From a virus (taxonomy: Duplodnaviria > Heunggongvirae > Uroviricota > Caudoviricetes), in the IMG/VR virus record IMGVR_UViG_2778261570_000013: 4,399 bases of DNA, one strand, 5' to 3'. Under the pieces are notes generated by a model that was given only the letters and a program-made list of their open reading frames with translations, was not told where the DNA came from and did not search any database. Shown piece after piece: positions 1 through 4,399 of this stretch (position 1 is its first letter; each line of letters begins with the position of its first letter). Both the position numbers and the translations under genes were made by a program.

Positions 1-144
1 GCGGCGTCCAGCAATGGTTAAAACTCAGTAACCGCAGAATGGGATTGTTCACAAATACGGCTGATATTGTGGTGTGTTCTCTTAACAAACCCAGCGCGGC
101 GCAAAACCGCTGGAAAAACCACTTGCGCACTAAAGGAGAGTGAT

Positions 145-672
145 ATGACCACTATTACCAGAGAAAGCGCGGAGATTAAATCATTTATCACTGGTTTCCT
201 GAGCGATCCGGCGCACGATAACCAATCTTCAAACAGCCTGCTTACTAATGTGTTTCGTATCGCACTGGCATCGCTGGAAGCAGTATCGGATGAACGGGCA
301 GCCTATGAATTATTTATGGAGAAGCGTTTCGGGGGATCTGTAGATCGCCGCAGGGCAAAAAATGGCGATGGCGAATACATGGCATGGGATATGGCGATTG
401 GCTGGATTATCTGGTGTCACCGCGCCGCCATGCCTCAGGCCGGAAACTTTCGGGAAAATAAGAATTCGTCAACCAGCTCCCCGGCAACTCCGGATGATTG
501 GATAAGCTGTAGTGAGCGAACATCAGGCAAACAGGTTATCGAATTGACAATGCTGGTTAAACAATTGGTCAGTCAACTGAAAAAAGCAAAACCTGATTGC
601 AAATTACCAGATAGGGCGATGGATTATCTTTTGCGGAACGTACTGATAAGTGTGGAGGGTGTTTTACGATGA
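145..672 (+). CDS. Hypothetical prophage protein, 175 aa (MTTITRESAEIK...), function unknown
   Basis: Long ORF in the provided track (67..672, opened by TTG). The first ATG in frame is at 145, preceded by AGGAG at 134-138 (6-nt spacing). The stop TGA at 670-672 overlaps the ATG of the next small ORF. I do not recognise the family. Confidence 0.6.
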   Translation: MTTITRESAEIKSFITGFLSDPAHDNQSSNSLLTNVFRIALASLEAVSDERAAYELFMEKRFGGSVDRRRAKNGDGEYMAWDMAIGWIIWCHRAAMPQAGNFRENKNSSTSSPATPDDWISCSERTSGKQVIELTMLVKQLVSQLKKAKPDCKLPDRAMDYLLRNVLISVEGVLR

Positions 673-752
673 CCTGGCCTGAGGCATTCACAACGGTAGG
701 AATTGCAATGGCGGTGGCGATGGTGGTGTATTCAATTTGCCGCTGGGGATAA
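669..752 (+). CDS. Putative 27-aa hydrophobic micro-protein (MTWPEAFTTVGIAMAVAMVVYSICRWG)
   Basis: ATG 669-671 overlaps the upstream stop (ATGA at 669-672), a classic translational-coupling arrangement. The product is dominated by one hydrophobic stretch long enough to be a transmembrane helix. It is short and could be chance. Confidence 0.3.
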   Translation: MTWPEAFTTVGIAMAVAMVVYSICRWG

Positions 753-759
753 AAACGGT

Positions 760-787
760 TTGCGGGAAAAGGGGAGTTAAGTAAAAT
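760..787 (+). promoter_or_regulatory. Candidate sigma70 promoter for the hok mRNA (-35 TTGCGG 760-765, 16-bp spacer, -10 TAAAAT 782-787)
   Basis: Hexamers read by eye. The predicted start near 794 coincides with the 5' arm of the long-range complementarity at 792-805. Confidence 0.35.
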
Positions 788-791
788 TGCT

Positions 792-841
792 GCGGGTGCT
801 TGAGGCTATCTGCCTCGGGCATGAACACCAACGGCAGATAG
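792..841 (+). other. hok mRNA 5' leader elements: tac-like 5' segment (792-805) and a 9-bp perfect inverted-repeat hairpin (806-814 / 833-841, 18-nt loop)
   Basis: CTATCTGCC at 806-814 is the exact reverse complement of GGCAGATAG at 833-841. Segment 792-805 is complementary to 1168-1182. From memory, the motif GCUUGAGGCU.UCUGCCUC resembles the 5' end of plasmid R1 hok mRNA; this was not aligned. Confidence 0.5.
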
Positions 842-962
842 AGAAAAGCCCCAGTTAACATTACGCGTCCTGCAAGACGCTTAACATTAATCTGAGGCTC
901 AATCCATGCTGAACACATGTAGGTTAGCCTCTTACGTGCCGAAAGGCAAGGAGAAGCAGGCT

Positions 963-1118
963 ATGAAGCAGCAAAAGGCGATGTTAATCGCCCTGATCGT
1001 CATCTGTTTAACCGTCATAGTGACGGCACTGGTAACGAGGAAAGACCTCTGCGAGGTACGAATCCGAACCGGCCAGACGGAGGTCGCTGTCTTCACAGCT
1101 TACGAACCTGAGGAGTAA
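963..1118 (+). CDS. hokD: Hok/Gef family type I toxin, 51 aa (small membrane-depolarising toxin)
   Basis: Translation MKQQKAMLIALIVICLTVIVTALVTRKDLCEVRIRTGQTEVAVFTAYEPEE has the Hok hallmarks: N-terminal transmembrane helix, then TRK.LCE.R.R.G..EVA.F.AYE. It matches my recollection of E. coli HokD/RelF. AAGGAG at 948-953 lies 9 nt before ATG 963. The track ORF 906..1118 is an in-frame upstream extension. Confidence 0.88.
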   Translation: MKQQKAMLIALIVICLTVIVTALVTRKDLCEVRIRTGQTEVAVFTAYEPEE

Positions 1119-1125
1119 GAGACCC

Positions 1126-1147
1126 GGCGAGGGAGAAATCCCTCGCC
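1126..1147 (+). other. Stable hairpin just after the hok stop (9-bp stem GGCGAGGGA/TCCCTCGCC, GAAA loop); probable mRNA 3' structural element, not a terminator
   Basis: Perfect 9-bp inverted repeat with a GNRA-type tetraloop and no following U-tract. Confidence 0.4.
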
Positions 1148-1167
1148 ACCTCTGATGTGTCAGGCAT

Positions 1168-1182
1168 CCTCAATGCACCCGC
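1168..1182 (+). other. fbi-like 3' element complementary to the hok mRNA 5' end
   Basis: CCTCAATGCACCCGC at 1168-1182 pairs antiparallel with GCGGGTGCTTGAGG at 792-805: 14 base pairs with one bulged T at 1174. Confidence 0.5.
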
Positions 1183-1186
1183 ACTT

Positions 1187-1210
1187 AACCCGCTTCGGCG
1201 GGTTTATTTT
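1187..1210 (+). terminator. Rho-independent terminator of the hok transcript
   Basis: Stem AACCCGC (1187-1193), TTCG loop, GCGGGTT (1198-1204), then T-rich TATTTT. Confidence 0.7.
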
Positions 1211-1576
1211 ATCTGTAAATATTTTTATAAAAACAATGCCCACACACAGCATAAAACAAAAAGTATCACAGATAAAAAAGGAGCGTAATGTGCAGATTTG
1301 TTGTTTTCCATATTTACTCACTTTAACATAATCAATATTGATATGGTTGTTGTTTCGGTGGTTTCAAACGAGATGTTATGGTGATCTGGTAAAATTGCAT
1401 AACATTAAAATTTAATTTATCTAATCGCTTTTAATAATAAGCGTTGTGTTTATCCCAACAATCTGTTGTTTGACTTTTATTCCATTAATGTAGGGGCTTT
1501 ACACTGGAACCAGTTTATTTATACTTTATACGCCAGCCTGAACAACTGGCACCTGCTGCGCCAGCAGAGAAAACAG

Positions 1577-1849
1577 ATGGCGCACAAGACCAAATTACAC
1601 AATTCTGATACCGTTCGTGCCAGCAGGCACGGGCGGCGTTCTCACGCATTCAAATATGACTGGCATCAGCATGACCCCTGCACTGAAGAACAGGCCGAAT
1701 GGCTGATTCAGAACTACCGCAGACGTGGGTATGAGTTTAGGAAAGCCCTCAGCCTCGATTATCGTCACTGGATAATCTACGTCAGACTCCCTTATTCCGA
1801 ACGCCCACCGCGTCCGTCCCGCACATTCCAGCAACGGATCTGGAGGTAA
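1577..1849 (+). CDS. Small basic protein, 90 aa (MAHKTKLHNSDTVRAS...); rem-like by position between hok and the DUF968 gene
   Basis: The track ORF 1466..1849 opens with TTG; the first ATG is at 1577. Stop TAA 1847-1849 lies 1 nt before the GTG start of the next gene, so they are coupled. The RBS is weak. The Rem assignment rests only on synteny with the K-12 Qin order hokD-rem-ydfU as I recall it. Confidence 0.45.
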   Translation: MAHKTKLHNSDTVRASRHGRRSHAFKYDWHQHDPCTEEQAEWLIQNYRRRGYEFRKALSLDYRHWIIYVRLPYSERPPRPSRTFQQRIWR

Positions 1850-1850
1850 C

Positions 1851-2897
1851 GTGCGGGTATTGCTTCGACCTGTTCCGGTACCGGAACTCGGGCTGGTGGT
1901 CCTTAAGCCTGGTCGTGAATCCATGCAGGTATTTCATAACCCTCGAGTGCTGGTGGAGCCGGAACCGAAAAGCATGCGCGGTCTGCCGTCCGGAGTCGTT
2001 CCTGCCATTCGCCAGCCGCTGGCGGAAGACAAAACATTGCTGCCGTTTTTCAGTAACGAACGGGTGATTCGTGCTGCTGGCGGCGCTGGTGCACTTTCTG
2101 ACTGGCTCCTGCGTCATGTTAAATCCTGCCAGTGGCCTCATGGTGACTACCATCACAGTGAAACCGTCATACATCGTTATGGTACCGGCGCGATGGTGTT
2201 GTGCTGGCACTGCGACAACCAGCTGCGCGACCAGACCTCCGAGTCACTCGGGCAACTTGCTCATCAAAACCTGTCTGCATGGATGATTGACGTCATACGC
2301 CATGCAATGAATGGCTCGCAGGAACGGGAATTATCGCTGGCTGAATTATCCTGGTGGGCGGTCTGCAATCAGGTGGCGGACGCGCTACCGGAGGCAGTAT
2401 TACGTCGTTCTCTGGGGTTACGTGCGGAAAAAATCCGCTCAGTGTACCGTGAAAGCGACATCGTACCGGGAGAGCAGACCGCCACCAGCATACTGAAGCA
2501 GCGCACAAAAAATCTTGCGCCGCTGCCTCACGCCCACCAGCAAAACCCGCCACAGGAAAAGACGGTGGTCAGCATTGCCGTTGATCCGGAGTCTCCTGAA
2601 TCTTTCATGAGGCGACCTAAACGTCGCCGCTGGATGAATGAGAAATACACGCGCTGGGTGAAGACACAGCCGTGTGCGTGTTGTGGTAAGCCAGCCGACG
2701 ATCCCCATCACCTGATTGGTCATGGTCAGGGTGGAATGGGAACAAAAGCCCACGATATTTTCACGTTACCGCTGTGCCGGGAGCATCACAATGAACTTCA
2801 TGCGGATCCGCTGGCGTTTGAAGAAAAGCATGGTTCCCAGGTTGATTTAATTTTTCGTTTTCTTGATCACGCCTTTGCAACCGGCGTGCTCGGGTAA
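1851..2897 (+). CDS. DUF968 family prophage protein (YdfU/YfdN-like), 348 aa, with a C-terminal HNH-like Cys/His motif
   Basis: GTG start at 1851 with GGAGG at 1842-1846. The C-terminus reads CACCGKPADDPHHLIGHGQGG...PLCREHHNELH, typical of the DUF968/HNH-like fold found in lambdoid nin regions. Confidence 0.85.
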   Translation: MRVLLRPVPVPELGLVVLKPGRESMQVFHNPRVLVEPEPKSMRGLPSGVVPAIRQPLAEDKTLLPFFSNERVIRAAGGAGALSDWLLRHVKSCQWPHGDYHHSETVIHRYGTGAMVLCWHCDNQLRDQTSESLGQLAHQNLSAWMIDVIRHAMNGSQERELSLAELSWWAVCNQVADALPEAVLRRSLGLRAEKIRSVYRESDIVPGEQTATSILKQRTKNLAPLPHAHQQNPPQEKTVVSIAVDPESPESFMRRPKRRRWMNEKYTRWVKTQPCACCGKPADDPHHLIGHGQGGMGTKAHDIFTLPLCREHHNELHADPLAFEEKHGSQVDLIFRFLDHAFATGVLG

Positions 2898-2909
2898 AAG
2901 AGGTTACTG

Positions 2910-3269
2910 ATGCGTATAGAGTTTGTTTTGCCTTATCCGCCAACGGTGAACACCTACTGGCGACGTCGTGGCAGCACATATTTTGTATCAAAAACCGGTG
3001 AGCGTTATCGCCGTGATGTGGCGCTTATTGTTCGCCAGCAGCGGCTGAAATTAAACCTGTCCGGAAGGCTGGCGATAAAGATCATTGCAGAGCCGCCGGA
3101 TAAGCGCCGTCGTGACCTGGACAATATTCTGAAAGCACCGCTGGATGCACTGACGCATGCGGGGCTGCTCATAGACGACGAGCAGTTTGATGAAATTAAT
3201 ATTGTGCGCGGTCAGCTCGTTCCTGGTGGTCGGTTGGGGATAAAAATCACAGAACTGGAGTGCGCATGA
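2910..3269 (+). CDS. rusA: RusA-type Holliday junction resolvase, 119 aa
   Basis: Translation contains PDKRRRDLDN and KAPLDALTHAGLLIDD, matching the RusA catalytic-core motifs (compare DLP12 RusA PDRRRRDLDN / DALTKAGFWLDD, from memory). GAGG at 2900-2903 lies 6 nt before ATG 2910. Confidence 0.9.
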   Translation: MRIEFVLPYPPTVNTYWRRRGSTYFVSKTGERYRRDVALIVRQQRLKLNLSGRLAIKIIAEPPDKRRRDLDNILKAPLDALTHAGLLIDDEQFDEINIVRGQLVPGGRLGIKITELECA

Positions 3270-3955
3270 ATAACCAGTATTTACAGTTTGTGCGTGAACA
3301 GCTCATTATCGCCACCGCCGATTTGAGTGGAGCAACAAAAGGTCAGCTTGAAGCCTGGCAGGAGAATGCCATGTTTGATACCGGGCGTTACAGGCGTAAA
3401 AAAATCCGGTACCGCGATGAAGTGACCGGAAAAATGATCACGCTGGATAATCCACCAATCCCGGGGAAACAATCGCTGGCGAAGGGGACGTCAATTCCTC
3501 TGGTCAGTCCGGTTGAGTTTTCGACATCATCGTGGCGGCGGGCTGTTCTGTCTCTTGAAGAACATCATAAAGCCTGGTTGTTGTGGTGTTACAGCGGGAG
3601 TATTTGTTGGGAATATCAGATCGCGATAACACAGTGGGCGTGGAATGAATTTAATACTCAATCCGGTACCAGAAAAATTGCAGGGAAAACGCAGGAACGC
3701 CTGAAAAAATTAATCTGGCTGGCGGCGCAGGCAGTAAAAGCAGAACTTTTTGGTGGGGAAGGTTATGAATACCAGGAGCTGGCATTACTGGCGGGAGTGA
3801 CAACTAAAAACTGGTCCAAAACATTTACTCGTCACTGGGTTGCAATGAAACACATTTTTCAACGACTGGATAGTGAGGCTTTATTGTTTGTAATGAGAAC
3901 ACGTTCAAAACAAAAGACAGCATTTTCAAAGCAAAGTGTTGCAAAAGTAGATTGA
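3266..3955 (+). CDS. Putative late-gene antiterminator, Q-like (QuuQ-type), 229 aa from ATG 3266
   Basis: It sits directly after rusA (the rusA stop 3267-3269 overlaps the start) and directly before a promoter/terminator pair and a tRNA cluster, which is the canonical lambdoid Q position. GGAG at 3257-3260 lies 5 nt before ATG 3266; the track's 3260 start is a GTG. The family call is by context and weak recollection, not a motif match. Confidence 0.6.
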   Translation: MNNQYLQFVREQLIIATADLSGATKGQLEAWQENAMFDTGRYRRKKIRYRDEVTGKMITLDNPPIPGKQSLAKGTSIPLVSPVEFSTSSWRRAVLSLEEHHKAWLLWCYSGSICWEYQIAITQWAWNEFNTQSGTRKIAGKTQERLKKLIWLAAQAVKAELFGGEGYEYQELALLAGVTTKNWSKTFTRHWVAMKHIFQRLDSEALLFVMRTRSKQKTAFSKQSVAKVD

Positions 3956-3967
3956 AAGGCATATATT
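3939..3967 (+). promoter_or_regulatory. Candidate late promoter (PR'-like): -35 TTGCAA 3939-3944, 17-bp spacer, -10 TATATT 3962-3967
   Basis: Hexamers read by eye. It overlaps the 3' end of the Q-like gene, as PR' does in lambda. A -10-like TGATATTTT at 3979-3987 lies just downstream of the predicted start. Confidence 0.4.
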
Positions 3968-4017
3968 TCATGCAAATCTGATATTTTGCCGATTTTGTAC
4001 GTGATGGCAAAAGCAAA

Positions 4018-4047
4018 CAAAACCCGCCCACAAGCGGGTTTTGTTTA
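4018..4047 (+). terminator. Intrinsic terminator (tR'-like) about 45-70 nt downstream of the candidate late promoter
   Basis: An 11-bp perfect stem (4017-4027 ACAAAACCCGC with 4034-4044 GCGGGTTTTGT) enclosing loop CCACAA, with a U-rich 3' arm and TTTA tail. The symmetric A-tract/T-tract makes it potentially bidirectional. Confidence 0.65.
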
Positions 4048-4128
4048 TGCCACTTATCTCGGATAGACATGGTGAATGCGCTGGTGGAGGAAGTGAGGGT
4101 AATTTTTAACCAGGTGATTCTTGAATGC

Positions 4129-4157
4129 TTGCAACATTGATTTCGTAACGTTATTAT
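4129..4157 (+). promoter_or_regulatory. Candidate sigma70 promoter for the tRNA cluster: -35 TTGCAA 4129-4134, 17-bp spacer, -10 TATTAT 4152-4157, GC-rich discriminator
   Basis: Hexamers read by eye. The predicted start is 2-3 nt before the first tRNA 5' end, and CCTGCGCTC follows the -10, as in stringently controlled stable-RNA promoters. Confidence 0.45.
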
Positions 4158-4166
4158 CCTGCGCTC

Positions 4167-4242
4167 GGCCCTTTAGCTCAGTGGTGAGAGCGAGCGACTC
4201 ATAATCGCCAGGTCGCTGGTTCAAATCCAGCAAGGGCCACCA
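4167..4242 (+). tRNA. tRNA with anticodon CAU, Ile2 (lysidine) type, ileX/ileZ-like
   Basis: Hand-folded cloverleaf: acceptor GGCCCTT/AAGGGCC, D-stem GCTC/GAGC, anticodon loop CTCATAA, T-loop TTCAAAT, encoded CCA. It is near-identical to my recollection of E. coli ileX. Confidence 0.85.
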
Positions 4243-4243
4243 A

Positions 4244-4320
4244 CCGCCACTAGCTCATCAGGAAAGAGCGTCAACCCTTTAAGTTGAGTGTGCGAGGTTC
4301 GAGTCCCCGGTGGCGGTCCA
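4244..4320 (+). tRNA. Atypical tRNA-like gene, formal anticodon UUU (Lys-type) with C at position 33 and one T-stem mismatch; identity uncertain, possibly a pseudo-tRNA
   Basis: Acceptor CCGCCAC/GTGGCGG pairs 7/7, D-stem GCTC/GAGC, anticodon stem TCAAC/GTTGA 5/5 with loop CCTTTAA, T-loop TTCGAGT, T-stem CGAGG/CCCCG 4/5, encoded CCA. Only 1 nt separates it from the previous tRNA. Confidence 0.5.
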
Positions 4321-4322
4321 GT

Positions 4323-4398
<76 letters not shown>

Positions 4399-4399
4399 T

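Noticed and set aside
67-144. N-terminal extension of the first ORF from the TTG at 67
   Set aside because: It is a non-ATG start with no RBS, while the ATG at 145 has a properly spaced AGGAG. Sequence 1-144 more likely carries the promoter and 5' UTR.
688-918. Minus-strand ORF of 76 aa across the hok leader
   Set aside because: It is Pro/Leu-rich and low-complexity, has no RBS, and lies antisense to a region better explained as the hok promoter and leader RNA. Any antisense function here would more likely be a small RNA than a protein.
1470-1475. Perfect -35-like TTGACT
   Set aside because: No acceptable -10 hexamer lies 15-19 bp downstream (the sequence there is GGGGCT), so it was not called as a promoter.
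1466-1576. N-terminal extension of the rem-like ORF from the TTG at 1466
   Set aside because: It is a TTG start inside the AT-rich spacer with no RBS; the first ATG at 1577 is preferred, though its RBS is also weak.
1595-2210. Minus-strand ORFs 1595..1924 and 1782..2210
   Set aside because: They are antisense to the well-supported rem-like and DUF968 genes, have no convincing start context, and are typical shadow ORFs in GC-balanced coding sequence.
2071-2496. Plus-strand internal ORFs 2071..2286 and 2311..2496 in alternative frames
   Set aside because: Both are fully embedded in the DUF968 gene in other frames, and their products are compositionally odd (Cys/Thr- or Arg/Tyr-rich).
2293-2991. 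Minus-strand ORFs 2293..2553, 2439..2753 and 2761..2991
   Set aside because: They are antisense to the DUF968 and rusA coding sequence, with no RBS and no recognisable motifs.
3281-3472. Minus-strand ORF of 63 aa inside the Q-like gene
   Set aside because: It is antisense to a gene with a good RBS and operon context; likely spurious.
3825-4070. Minus-strand ORF of 81 aa spanning the Q 3' end, the late-promoter candidate and the terminator
   Set aside because: It runs through a promoter/terminator region and the Q gene end; its start sits in the intergenic region without an RBS.
4068-4145. 25-codon plus-strand ORF (MVNALVEEVRVIFNQVILECLQH) between the terminator and the tRNA promoter
   Set aside because: It has no convincing RBS and overlaps the predicted tRNA promoter -35 and spacer; probably chance.

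Overview
This window looks like the nin/late-regulatory segment of a lambdoid (Qin-like) enterobacterial prophage, with all supported genes on the + strand. In order: an uncharacterised 175-aa ORF with a translationally coupled 27-codon hydrophobic micro-ORF; a Hok/Gef-family type I toxin gene (hokD-like) that appears to retain a full hok-type mRNA architecture; an AT-rich spacer; a tightly packed rem-like / DUF968 (YdfU-like) / RusA resolvase / Q-like antiterminator gene string; a candidate late promoter and intrinsic terminator right after Q; and three tandem tRNA genes running to the window edge (CAU Ile2-type, an atypical UUU-type with C33, UGU Thr-type). No CRISPR array, IS element or rRNA was seen. 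I did not find a clearly novel multi-gene system. The most interesting points are the apparently intact hok regulatory architecture beside unknown ORFs, the atypical middle tRNA, and the Q / short terminated transcript / tRNA arrangement whose downstream cargo is cut off by the window end. All protein family calls are from reading the translations and from memory of these families; no searches were run.
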